Positions 25,687 through 37,144 of a stretch of DNA of 55,296 nucleotides are shown in pieces. A program made the position numbers and the translations under genes. The DNA comes from Basidiobolus meristosporus CBS 931.73 (taxonomy: Eukaryota; Fungi; Basidiobolomycota): positions 1 through 55,296 of the forward strand of contig MCFE01000590.1 in NCBI GenBank assembly GCA_002104905.1, written 5' to 3'. Below the pieces are notes generated by a model, which saw only the letters and a list, made by a program, of their open reading frames with translations, did no database searches and was not told where the DNA came from. How positions within the stretch are numbered: position 1 is the first letter of the stretch; each line of letters starts with the position of its first letter.

Positions 25687-26802
25687 CGCGAAAGAAGCGA
25701 AAGTAAATGGACAAGCGGCACTCCTCGCATTGCGGTTAATTTTCTTATATCAAGACAACAACGATCCACTGCCCACATCGCAACGACCAATTGCATTAGG
25801 ATCTCACTGCAACTGAAATCAAATTTATTCCTTCCACTTTAAAATTCGACGTGGTGGATTTTCAGGCGAGTGTGCTTAATAAGGAAGACCTGGCTCTGGC
25901 TGTGCACTCGGGGGCAATATTTCCATGTCCCTTGGCTATGGAGTATTCCGGAATATCGGCTGCCACTGGTTCTCAAGGCATGTGTGCATACGATACATGG
26001 GCTAACAGGAATACACCAGTTAATTGGGCTGATAATGGTCAGAAATCGCCACTAGTTACTTGAATGCAGCTAGCATTGTGTGAGATATGTCTGCATTGTT
26101 TCTTTGAGCATCCTGCTAAACTGTAGGTTTTCGTAGGATGCAGAGGATGCCACATATATAACCATCCAGCTTCATCTTTTTTATAACCAACCGTCCAACA
26201 TGGATTCCAGATATTTCCCTCGCAACCTCAACTGGGTACACATACTAGCGCTCACATGTAGAGCGAGCCTGACGCTACTAAGCCTGATGCTCCTGCTTAA
26301 TCCTGCCGGTGCCGTATTGCCACGACCTGGTCCAGACACGCCAGACCCAGCCAGCTAATCTATACTCCGAACATTAATTTAACTTCGCCTGATAGAAGCT
26401 CAAGTGATGTAGACAACTGCGCGAGCAAACCCTGAAGTAATGCTAATAAACGCTAAGGCAACTTGTTTCCACTCTATTCTACAAGCAGAAAAGAAAAGAG
26501 ATTCAGGCTCACTACCGGTATCTCTAAGAGCCCCTTCCCGTCAACCAACACTCGTCATATAAGCAAGGGAACCAAACTGTTTGTTGTGCGTCCACGAAAG
26601 GCAACAGTGAGGGGGGGGGCACAACATCATCCATAAGCGTGGTCAGGATTGATCCAGGAAATGGGCACCAGTTAAACCAATTTCAAGCAAAGTCGCTTTT
26701 TTTTCGGATTTTCCGAGAAATTTTTTCCAACATTCTATGCGAGTTGATCGATTTTCTTATTTGACGGTCCGTGTTCTCTACACGCTGGGTTAGCAAGCAG
26801 AT

Positions 26803-28135
26803 ATGAGTCGTAGAGTGAGAGCCCCCTCTTCAAATTGGAAAAAGCTTCAGGCGGTAAGGACTTCCCACACCACCTTCTTTTGGGTTGCGTTGTTTTGACC
26901 GTCCCTTCCCGACACATAGCAACTCGCCAACGAAGCCGAACCCGAGGCCACACCCGTCAAAACCAAGAGAAAGCTCAAGAAGGACGTGGTGACCAAACCG
27001 GTCAAAAAGGTGAAGAAGGATGCCCCGGCAGTTCCCTTGGACGAGAAAAGCATGGCACTGGCCATCGCTTCGCAGATCTCTGAGTAAGCCCGAACTTTCT
27101 CACAACCTAGCCAAAAGAGGATAGTGCTCCTATCCACCACGGGCCCATTCTTATGAAAACTTTATTCCCTCGATAGCTCGCTAGATAAAGGGAACCCCTC
27201 AGGCGAAGTCGAGACCACCAAGAGGATCGCCGACGCCGTGGAGGAGGGTCTCGGCGAGGTGCTCGACATCCCGGGTGAAACCACCGACCAGAAGATTCTT
27301 CGTTTGTTGAACGATGCCAACATGAGCAACGAGAAGAAAGAGAAGTTCGTGTCTAGGCAGAATGAGTTTCCCCTCACGTCGCACGTCACTAACCCGTTTC
27401 AACCAGAGGTGGAAAGTACCTGGCGATCGATTGCGAGATGGTGGGGGTTGGTGAGGAAGGGGTCGAGTCCGCTTTGGCCCGAGTCAGTATAGTCAACTAT
27501 TACGGGCACGTCTTGCTTGATAAATATGTCAAGCCACAGGAGAGAGTGACCGACTTCCGAACCCACGTCAGTGGAATCACGCCATTCCATCTCAAAGAAG
27601 GTAGCACGGCCTATTCTTTACTACTCACGAGCACAGGCTAACCAATTCCCAGCGCACGAGTTCAAGGCGATCCAGAAGGAGGTTCATGATCTCATCAAGG
27701 ACAAGGTGCTTGTTGGCCACAGTATTCACAACGATCTAAAGGTAAGCGTCGTGACTGGCAGTGGGGGTAGGCGTGTGTGTGTGTCGTTGCTGAACATCTC
27801 GGACAGGCGTTGATTCTCGACCACCCGAAGAATTTAATCCGAGACACCTCTGTCTATCACGTCTATCGTAAATACACGAAAGGAAAAACGCCCGGCCTCA
27901 AGCGACTGGCACAGCAGATATTCAACATCAAAATCCAAGAAGGAAGACATTCATCTGTAAGCAACATGGGTCTACCGAGATCCCCACTAGACATGTACTG
28001 ATGCGTTATTTCCCACAGGTCACTGATGCCCAGGTAACCATGCTGCTCTACCGAAAGTTCAAGAAGAACTGGGATCAACAGTTGGCAAGAAACGAACTTC
28101 GAAAGAACGGTCGGGTCAAGCGTAAGCAGAAGTGA
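26803..28135 (+). CDS. REX4: RNA exonuclease 4 (DEDDh), multi-exon
   Basis: Translation shows N-terminal [15 protein letters not shown]...[48 protein letters not shown] and [10 protein letters not shown]; GT-AG introns. Confidence 0.88.
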
Positions 28136-28233
28136 TCACAAATCCCATATATTTCTAATAGAGCGTATATATAAAGTATTCATTTTCCAACGAAACCCAG
28201 TTGAACATTCATTGATGTGTTATACAAGAGGCT

Positions 28234-28948
28234 TTATAAAGCATAGGCTTGCTTCCCATGCTCACTAATCACAGCTATGTGATCGAGGTCGCGGAAATGC
28301 TCATTGTAATCTAAAGCGTAGCCAACCACGAAGGCATCTGGGATTGCGAAGCCGACATAGTCGGGGATGTATCCGTTGGAGTGGGAGGTCTTCTTGATCA
28401 ATAGGGAGGTGACCTTGACCGAGGCAGGCTCATATTCAGACAGCCTCTCGAGGATTTTCTCCATCGTACGTCCGGTGTCAATAATATCCTCAACGATCAG
28501 CAAGTTCTTTCCTTTGTAGTACATGAGCTCATTGTTGGTCACCGAAAATTTCACTTCCTTCGTCGAGGTGTCATTGTGGTAGCTCTTAACCTTCAAGAAC
28601 TCCAGGCTCAGTTGGATAGACCTCCCGCTGCTCGTTTGCAATTTCTTGAGCTGATTGACCAGGTCCGCAAAGAACTGATGGCCACCTTTCAACACGCAGC
28701 ATACGACTAGTAGAGGGGTTACTTCGACGCCAGGTTTGTCTGGTTTGTTGGAACTTACCTAGGCTGGGCTCTTCAACATCGGGAATGTCGGCAACGATCT
28801 GCCTCGCCAGCTTCTCCACCCTGTCCATAATGATGCCGTGTGGGATCAGAATGCTCTCAATATCTCTTTCATAGTGTTGGGGGACAACGAAGTGATCAAG
28901 GGAATACAGCTTTTCCGTGGTAACATCAATCCACTTCGCTACGTTCAT
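28234..28948 (-). CDS. HPRT: Hypoxanthine(-guanine) phosphoribosyltransferase, animal-like type, with an intron
   Basis: Translation shows IPHGIIMDRVEKLARQI, LKGGHQFFADL, PRPP-binding LIVEDIIDTGRTM and GFAIPDAFVVGYALDYNEHFRDL. Confidence 0.92.
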
Positions 28949-29232
28949 TTTGCTGGAGGCCAAGACGATGAAATATGCTTCACAGGTGTAGTCACACACC
29001 TGCTAAATCCAAGCGAAATCCCATGCGCCCCCAATCCCCAATCACAAGCCCAAACTAGGCTCAATATGTCGTCACGCATCAAGGGCCGCAAAGAGGATAG
29101 GCAGCATCCCTCAACACCTGCATTGTTTGTGTCTCCTTTATTGTGACTGACCGACAAGGTGAACCATTGATATTCATATTACACTAAGCAAAAATGGAAA
29201 GAGATTGGGAAGAAATGTACAGGCTGGCTCGG

Positions 29233-31309
29233 TCATTTGAGTTGTTTGGACCTATCTATGGTATAATGGAATCCGAGTGATTGCTCCTCCAATTTCTCTG
29301 CTTCCGTTTCATCATTCTGCAAAAGATTGCTTTTTTGTCCAAAATTCTGGTTCCACTTGAGTAACTCATTGATGTCCCGAACCCAGTCACTGGCCTCGCC
29401 CAGTCGATTGACGCATGGCACTGGGTATGGCGACATGCATACCTGGGAAAGTGATTAGCCGGGGCGGGTGGGTCTGACTGCTGTGAAAGCTTACATTAAG
29501 ATAGCCGCCTTTAGGGAGCATGCAAATCTCCCGTCCATCCACCGTGATATCCGAATTTCCTCGACAAGAGTCGGAAAGCTAGTTGGGATCAATAGGAGTT
29601 CGGTCTGAGGGATGCGAGGCAGATCCCTTACCTGTAATTTCAGTGCGGTGTCCGTGGGGAGCAGAACCGGCCGGAACGAAAGTGATCGCGGACAGATAGG
29701 AGTCAACAAAATACTTTTCACCGAAGGATGGACGATAGGGCCACCTTGGAAGAAGGCTCAGTAAACATCATGGTCTGATCAAGGGGAAAGCACCCGAGCT
29801 ACCTGCAGAGAGGGAATACGCGGTGGATCCAGTTGGTGTGGCCACGAGTAATCTACACTCACAAATCATGTCAGCCATCGCACTTGGTGGAGTTGTTGAC
29901 TTGCGTGACCTACCCGTCCGACTAAAAGAAGGAGAGAGATTCAGGAAGAGGTTATAGCAATAGCCAGGTGAAGAATGCTTACCACTCCGTGCGTTAGATG
30001 CCGCCCATTTACCTTGATCTCGATCTGGGCTAGATGTGGGTATCTTCCTCTGTGGATGTTCACCTCGTTCATCGCCAGGTAATCGCCTAGGCATTGTCCG
30101 GGTTAGAGATTCTGGGCTGTTGGGAGTCTACTTTCACACCTCTATACCGGTTTTCACGCCATTCCATACGATTCTCTCCCCATTGGACGAATGTACAGAA
30201 CACAAGAGTCGCATACGAAGCAGCATACTGACGTCGCCGGCAATCATCTGATCCAGTGCCTTCTGGTAGTCCTTGATGCCTGTGGCAAATGGCGGGTTAA
30301 GGGACAGAAACGTATGGAGGTTGCCCTTTTTGACTGTCATGTGAAAAAAGATACTGAAACGGATGAGGAACCCGAGGGTACCCATTGAGAAGGACAAAAT
30401 CGGAGGGACAGGGCCCTCAAACAGCGACGAGGTATGGAGGATAGTCCCGTCTCCACCAAGTGTAACAATAAAATCTACCGCTCTGGAGTACTCCTGGATA
30501 TAGCCTTGTAACATGATTAGTACTGTGCTATGACCGAGAGTGCCATGGATGATGCTGATGATGATGCGGTCAGTACCTTCAGGTATTACGTAGACAAATG
30601 GGAAACGATGCTGCATGAAATCCGCCACACTGGGCTCCAGCACGATGTTCATATCTGGGTATTTCTCATGAAGCCAACTGGAAGAGGCGCTTTAGGAAGA
30701 GAGGGGGAGGCGCTCATGAACCCGTGGATATCTTACCTCACCATATCTATCAAGGCTTTCTCTGTTCCTTGGTTATTAGGTTTCTTCACGATTAAGACAG
30801 TTCGTGGTCTCTCTGTCCAGTGTAGCTTGTAACTCCCCCTAAACCATTGACGAAACACCGAGGAGATAAATACACGGAAGGACGAAAGACGGGGATTGGG
30901 AGTGGTGGCGGAGGCCTCTAGACTAAAGTGCGAGTTCGGACAATACTATACCCGCTAGTATCGCTCGAGGACTGCTTGATGGCAGTAGGAATTCGATCCT
31001 CCAATTTCTTGGTTCTTTCCAGGTAATGTTCCATATGTTGCTTGTCCTGGCCTAAGAGAGATTCAGTGAAAGGAAGGGAGTCAACCATCTGACTGGGTAC
31101 ACCCTACCTAGGGCGAAGATGGGCCGAAGCTCCAAAGGTACTTTGGTGGGTAGGGTTTTGGTGGACTTCAAAGTACGGGAGAAAAAGCCCCGTTGGGACT
31201 GGAATCTGCCCAACGCCAGTAGTCGTCGAGTGGTTCGGCTATGGCCTATACATCGTTGCGGAAGAGATGTCGTGAAAGTTGCTTTAGGTAAATGTACGAA
31301 GAATGGCAT
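29233..31309 (-). CDS. POS5: NAD(H) kinase, probably mitochondrial (multi-exon; ends approximate)
   Basis: Translation shows DFIVTLGGDGTILH, SFSMGTLGFL, VATPTGSTAYSLSAG, TPICPRSLSFRP and WVRDINELLKWNQNF, plus an Arg/Ser-rich N-terminus resembling a mitochondrial presequence. Confidence 0.8.
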
Positions 31310-31811
31310 GGATAAGTAGTCAAGTATGTACACCTACTAAACTACCAAGTTGAGTGGGGTTCACTTCAGGGACTCTGACAAATAGTCAAATAAAAAAGCA
31401 GGGGAATTTGGTGCCTTGATTGAAGATGAAATCATGACTTTGATCCATCTCTTCGGATCGTTAGATGATCCATCTCCCTTGAGGATGGGACTAACCAAAC
31501 TTATCTCGGCCACCAAGCCTTTCGCAGCATTGTGCCTAGGCGCTCTAGCTGAGGGCGCATTTCGACACTGAGATCCAGTGACTGACAAGCCATGGATGTG
31601 GGCCAGATAAGAAGCTAGTGTCCTCTGCAGGAAAATGAGTGCTTCTGTTCCGTGGCTCCGTAGCTGATCCATCGGGAAAATAGGATCCGATCCTTCGTGA
31701 GGTGTGAGGCGTAGGGCTCCAACCCTTCATGTGCTCACTCAGGCTGCCAAATTGGTGAGGTGCGGACATTCAGGAAATCCTTCGTTGTTTCGTCTGTTCT
31801 GCCCTGGTAAT

Positions 31812-32504
31812 ATGGGTTATTCCTCCAAAATAGTGTTGAACGTAGGTGGCCAGTTATTCACCACCTCTCTGACCACCCTACGCTCTGTCCCAGAGTCCAT
31901 GATCAGCGCCATGTTCTCCCCCGAATGGTCCCAGACCATCAAGACAGGTGAGGCATCCGAAGAGGCGGTCGAGGAGGTGCCCTTTATAGATCGGGACCCA
32001 ATCTTGTTTAGGGTTATATTGCATTACCTACGTACGCGGCAACTACGACTTGAGCTGGCCACCTCGATGGAAGGTGGGCCGGTTTCCTTGGGCGCGCTGC
32101 GTGACGAGGCCCATTTCTTCGGTTTGGAAGAGCTTGAGAAAGAGCTGCAGAAAAGAGAAGAAAACGCCTGGTACATCTCCTCCAAAGCCACCCAAGCTGT
32201 GCTGGTCATCGTGGTACGAGGGACAGACCACGAATTTCACTTCAACAAGGAGCTGGTCCAGTTCCTACCACTCTCCAACCTTAATCAAGCTGCCCCGACC
32301 ATGAATATGTTACTTAGCGAAACTGAAGGGATCCAAAACCACGAGCAGCTGGCCAACGAGCTCTTTCGGTTCCGGGAAGACTCGAAAAGGGTGGCCCACA
32401 AGATACTGCAGCTTAAAGAGGCAGAGGGCTTTGGCTTGGCTGGCATCGGTGTATCCAAGAGCTCGCCTAGTGAGAAATTCTGGGTTCTGCTGAAGAGAGC
32501 TTGA
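31812..32504 (+). CDS. BTB/POZ (KCTD/T1-type) domain protein
   Basis: Translation shows IVLNVGGQLFTTSLTTL..PESMISAMFS, FIDRDPILFRVILHYLRT and LRDEAHFFGL. Confidence 0.88.
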   Translation: MGYSSKIVLNVGGQLFTTSLTTLRSVPESMISAMFSPEWSQTIKTGEASEEAVEEVPFIDRDPILFRVILHYLRTRQLRLELATSMEGGPVSLGALRDEAHFFGLEELEKELQKREENAWYISSKATQAVLVIVVRGTDHEFHFNKELVQFLPLSNLNQAAPTMNMLLSETEGIQNHEQLANELFRFREDSKRVAHKILQLKEAEGFGLAGIGVSKSSPSEKFWVLLKRA

Positions 32505-32997
32505 TGTTCTTGAGAAGAAGCCGAATCCCTGTTGAAGCGCACCATTTTCTCAACTCAGCCTTGTAGCTACACCTCCTTCCCAAATGCTGATGATCCCCTC
32601 ATACAATCCGGATAGACCCATTGCAGTTAGCTATCTAGCACATGCACATGATTGATCCCTATCTCCCCCTCATGCAAACAAATTTGTATATCATTAGCTA
32701 GTATGCTTCTAGGTTGAATAACGATAGCCTTTTGGGGAGGATTTTAACCCATCTGCGCTCCATTTTAAGCCAGATATCGTGAGTTTGTCAATATGGGAAG
32801 ATCTTCCACATGTACCGATCTCGTATCACTTGATTCTAAAAGCCGAATTCCCATTTCAAGCATATCGAAGTTTTTTTTTGCTGGACAAACAAAAAGGGTT
32901 ATATTCAGTAAATTCCATTATATCCGGTGTGGTGCAACTTAATTGACTTTAGCACTGGCGCTTCCCTCGACTGACATTCAGGTGTCTCCACGGTAAT

Positions 32998-34479
32998 ATG
33001 GCTCCCAAGCTGGTTAGAGTGTTTTCAGAGGGCTCCTGGTGGTCCCGCATGAACGATTACTTTCCCAAGTTTGTGATGGTTAAAGGGGGAGAGATAGCCC
33101 CCGATGAGCGTCCTCCTTGGCTGCAACTTGGCCTATTGGGTCTACAACACGTACTGGCTATGTTCGGTAGTACAGTCTTCGCTCCGTTAGTTTGCGGTTT
33201 CGACTCGAACACCGCAATCTTCTGCTCAGGCATCGGAACCATATTGTTTTTCTTCATCACCGGTGGACGTGTCCCTTCGTACCTCGGGAGTTCTTTTGCG
33301 TTCATTGGGGTTGTAACCGCGGCGACCGGCTACCAGTATAGCCCTGGTGCAGGGCTCAACCAGCATATTCCTCTTGCTCAGGGGGGGATCATTATCGCCG
33401 GCGCGGTCTATGCGGTGGTTGCAGTGATCGTACTCCTTGTTGGCTATCGCTGGGTAGAATTTCTAATGCCTCCTGTCGTCACTGGAGCAGTAGTCATGTC
33501 CATTGGCCTGAATCTAGCAGGCACTGCCGTGCATCAAGCGGCCGCCACCTCTTTTGATGCGTGGATGGCGTTCACCACGGTGCTGGCCGTGGCATTCTTC
33601 TCCGTTTACGGCCCAGGGATCACCCGACGGGTGCCCATCCTCCTTGGGGCGATCGTTGGATACGTAATAGACCTGATCTGTGGTTACGCTGGCGCCGGTC
33701 CCAAGATCGATTATACGGAGGTTGGCAGTGCCAAATGGATCGGTCTGCCGATGTTCCATACACCAGCGTTCGACGCCCACGCTATCAGCCTCATCACCCC
33801 AGTGGTGATCATTCTCATTGCGGAGAACATCGGACACATCAAGGCAGTCTCTGCCATGACCGGCCGCAATCTTGAGCAGTACATCGGCAGAGCGTTCATG
33901 GGGGATGCGATTGGCACCATGGTTGCTGGTAGCTTGGGGTCACTCGGAGTTACCACGTACGCCGAGAACATCGGCGTGATGGCCGTGACCAAGATCTTCT
34001 CCACGCTGGTGTTCGTTACCGCGGCATCCGTCGCAGTGCTCATCGGATTCCTGCCCAAATTCGGTGCGGTCATTCACACCATTCCTGCGGGGGTCTTTGG
34101 CGGATTAAGTATTGTGCTTTTCGGTCTCATCGCAGTCAGCGGGGCCCGAATCTGGATTGAAAACCAGATTGATTTCACTAATCCGCGGAATCTACTTACT
34201 GGTGGCATCGCGGTTCTGCTGGGTACTGGTATGACGGGTGATCTCAAAGTCACCTTCGGACCAATTGCGTTCGATGGGATTGGTGTTTCCACCATCTCGG
34301 CAGTTATTCTCTACCAGGTTCTTCGCGGATATCCCCAAAGATCTGCCCCTTCGCCGAACAGCAGCGAGGTGAATGTTGTCTCGGGCGACGAGGCCTTGGA
34401 AAAGCTTGAACACAGTGCGGAGTACCAACTATACGACCTCCATCACAATGTCGCCGCCAGACACTATCGCGTGGATTAA
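32998..34479 (+). CDS. NCS2/NAT nucleobase:cation symporter, bacterial RutG/UraA-like, intronless
   Basis: Translation shows PDERPPW..LGLQHVLAMFG, FFFITGGRVPSYLGSSFAF, MPPVVTGAVVMSIGLNLA, AENIGH and the NAT motif TTYAENIGVMAVTK; 493-aa single ORF. Confidence 0.93.
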   Translation: MAPKLVRVFSEGSWWSRMNDYFPKFVMVKGGEIAPDERPPWLQLGLLGLQHVLAMFGSTVFAPLVCGFDSNTAIFCSGIGTILFFFITGGRVPSYLGSSFAFIGVVTAATGYQYSPGAGLNQHIPLAQGGIIIAGAVYAVVAVIVLLVGYRWVEFLMPPVVTGAVVMSIGLNLAGTAVHQAAATSFDAWMAFTTVLAVAFFSVYGPGITRRVPILLGAIVGYVIDLICGYAGAGPKIDYTEVGSAKWIGLPMFHTPAFDAHAISLITPVVIILIAENIGHIKAVSAMTGRNLEQYIGRAFMGDAIGTMVAGSLGSLGVTTYAENIGVMAVTKIFSTLVFVTAASVAVLIGFLPKFGAVIHTIPAGVFGGLSIVLFGLIAVSGARIWIENQIDFTNPRNLLTGGIAVLLGTGMTGDLKVTFGPIAFDGIGVSTISAVILYQVLRGYPQRSAPSPNSSEVNVVSGDEALEKLEHSAEYQLYDLHHNVAARHYRVD

Positions 34480-34576
34480 TAGAGCAAAGCCTCACGCTTG
34501 TGTGTGGATTAATAGAGCAAAGCTTCGCGCTTGTGTGCGGATTAATAGAGCAAAGCTTCGCGTTTGTGTGCGGATT
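34471..34576 (+). repeat. 33-bp tandem repeat, three copies plus a partial, overlapping the permease stop codon
   Basis: Units of GTGGATTAATAGAGCAAAGCCTCACGCTTGTGT type at 34471, 34504 and 34537. Confidence 0.9.
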
Positions 34577-34602
34577 GTCTGTTCCACTGTTGTAAAATCG
34601 GG

Positions 34603-34646
34603 TTTGAAATCAATAAATGCTCGTTTTGAAATCAATAAATGCTCGT
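34603..34646 (+). repeat. 22-bp tandem duplication containing AATAAA (possible duplicated polyadenylation signal)
   Basis: TTTGAAATCAATAAATGCTCGT occurs twice in tandem. Confidence 0.8.
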
Positions 34647-34748
34647 TTCAGAAATCAGGAGCAAACTTTGTAGGGACATTAGTTATATTCCCTACACATT
34701 CGACACTGTGAGAGATCCCTGGCCCTTTAAAAGTGCACTCGAAGGCTG

Positions 34749-36249
34749 ATGATGGATTGCAACATGAGCTGGATAATCATCATACCAATTGCTGTGTGCA
34801 TCCTCAAGTTCCTTTATGACATCTCCAACAGGCGCAGGCCATTGCCGCCCGGGCCCTTGGGGCTTCCACTGGTGGGGAGTTTCCATCAAATCGGCCGCTT
34901 ACCACACCTGACATTCACCAAGTGGGCCCGCCAGTACGGGCCGATTTTCAGCTTGAGGATGGGGGTTCGGGTGTGCGTGGTGGTGAACGATGTCGAGTCG
35001 GCCAAGGAGATATTTGAGAAGAGAGGCGCCAACTACTCCTCGCGTAACCAATCGTTCCTGATCAACGAGCTGTGCTTCCGTAAGAACAAGGGGGTCTCGG
35101 TTCTACCGTACGGCCCCCACTGGAGAAAGATGCGGAAAACGATTCATCGGGCGTTTAACCCAGCCGCGTTACAGACTACATGGGGATGTTGGATTCGCAG
35201 ATGAGAATCCTCCTGAACGATTTATCCGACACTAGCAGCGATCCTGCGAATATCATGAGGAAATACTCCTTCAACGCGGTGATGGCCTTGCTGATCGGTC
35301 GGGGCTTAGATCCATCGGAAGAATACATCATGAACGAGTTTGTTCACGTCACCGACGAGCTTCATCGAATCAACCATGTAGGCGCTAGCTTTCTATCCTA
35401 TTTCCCGTTCCTCAACAAGCTCCGGAACAACCCAGCCTTTAGGAAAGCTCTTGAGATCAGAGAGAGGCGGGAGCAGCTTGTACGCAAGATACAGTGCATT
35501 GGCGAGGCAAATCGAGAGCTCTCCAACACCAAAACGTTACTGGAAACGGTTCACGACCACGCACAGAAAGATGGGTTAGACGATATGGACGTCGTTTATC
35601 TATGTGACGCACTGCTTCGTGGTGGCTTTGATAATGCTGCATGTTACCTCTTATGGGCCACCTTGGTCTTGGCTAGAATTCCTCGGATTCAAGAGAAGCT
35701 ACGGGTGGAAATGGACAACGTAGTAGGCTCAAGCAGACATCCGGATTACGGCACCGACTCAGCGAACATGCCCTACTTAGAAGCGTTTCTAAAAGAGCTT
35801 TTTCGATTCCGGGCCCCTGCTTTCTTGGGCATTCCGCATGCAAGCTTGGAGGATGACCTGGTAGAAAACTGCTTCATCCCCAAGAACTCTCTTGTCGTCC
35901 TCAACTCCCACGCCATCCACTTCGACCCAAAACATTCACCCACCCGGAGCTGTTTATGCCCGAGCGTTTCCTAGATGGAAAACAGGCCGAAGCATGCAAG
36001 AAATGGAATCACTATGCGTTCGGAGCTGGTCGACGCATTTGCCCTGGCTCCCACTTTGCTGAGAGAGAACTCTGGCTAGGCATCGCGGGAATCGTCTGGG
36101 CGTTCAGTATCGAGGAGCCTAGTAGGATCTCAAGTGATGAGCTATTCCCGGAAGAGGACATGACTCGTGGCCTAGCCAATTATCCACTCAACTACCAGGT
36201 CAAGTTCATTCCTAGAAGCCAACAACGTGAGGGGATTGCGAAGGAATAG
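34749..36249 (+). pseudogene. Intronless cytochrome P450 broken by two single-base deletions (pseudogene or assembly errors)
   Basis: Motifs seen: PPGPLGLPLVG, PYGPHWRKMRK, ExxR (KELFRFR), PERF and heme motif FGAGRRICPG. Three ORFs lie in successive -1 frames with joins at ~35174 and ~35930, and no GT-AG intron lies at the joins. Confidence 0.8.
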
Positions 36250-36367
36250 TATTTATCTAGATTTTAATGAGACCCAGTCCGTTTATTTCCGTCTTTTGAA
36301 GCAATAAATTAAACACCCAACTGTATTCACGTCTATTGTATCTACAATACCATTGTTGTCGCAATGC

Positions 36368-37021
36368 TTATAGCTTCAGGCACATAAGATCCGCATGCCT
36401 GTTCTCGGCGTAGTAGTTCTCCATCCGCTTCTCCACCTCAAAACCCATTTTCAGGTAAAGATTGACCGCTTCGGTGCGGGCCGGGTCTACATGCAGCTGG
36501 CATCTGAGTTCCTGGGTACAAAGCTCTCGGGCTTTACCCAAGGCTGAGGTCATTAAGTTGGTAGCAATCCCACGGCCTCTGAAAGACTTGTCCACGGCAA
36601 CTTTAATGATCCTTACGGTGGAATCCACCTTCGAGAAAGTGTATATAAGGTATCCAACCACGACCAGGGTCTTCTCCGGCTTCAGCGACTTCTCCCCTTT
36701 GGTCGTTTGGAAATAGTAGGCGACGGCCAGGGTGTTGGTAAGCTTCTTCGCCTCCTGCTCTATCGGCATGCATTCGTTTTTGGGGAAGGTCTTCTTCTCT
36801 ATGACCTGGATCTTCTGGATCACCTCCGACCTGTGCTTACTCAGGGGAGAGCTCTTCAGCGGCAGGAAGGTATACTCGATTAACGGTTCGGTCGCCATCC
36901 TGTGACGGACTTGGAATGGTTGAGATTTTTTGTTGGCAACCGGTGCATCACATGACTCGGGAAAGAGAGAAAATCCAGCACTACCAGTCACCCGTACCAT
37001 TCCCGCCATATCCTGGGTCAC
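36368..37021 (-). CDS. GNAT-family N-acetyltransferase (true start may be ATG 36898)
   Basis: Motif A VAVDKSFRGRGIATNLM and motif B LHVDPARTEAVNLYLKMGF. Confidence 0.85.
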   Translation of the reverse strand: MTQDMAGMVRVTGSAGFSLFPESCDAPVANKKSQPFQVRHRMATEPLIEYTFLPLKSSPLSKHRSEVIQKIQVIEKKTFPKNECMPIEQEAKKLTNTLAVAYYFQTTKGEKSLKPEKTLVVVGYLIYTFSKVDSTVRIIKVAVDKSFRGRGIATNLMTSALGKARELCTQELRCQLHVDPARTEAVNLYLKMGFEVEKRMENYYAENRHADLMCLKL

Positions 37022-37144
37022 AGATTAAAGACCTAAGCACGATGAACGCGAACGCACCTCTTCGTATTTATTATTATTAAACAACGTATTTCTCTCTAAT
37101 ACATCTGCTATCATCAACCAGAATTTACAGCCTCAAAATTGATC

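Noticed and set aside
25840-26800. Possible ncRNA (snoRNA, telomerase RNA or tRNA) in the MCD4-REX4 intergenic region
   Set aside because: No convincing C/D box pair, CTAACCCTAA template or tRNA cloverleaf was seen by eye.
34471-34576. 33-bp repeats as a CRISPR array
   Set aside because: The units are directly adjacent with no unique spacers, there are no cas genes, and the context is eukaryotic.
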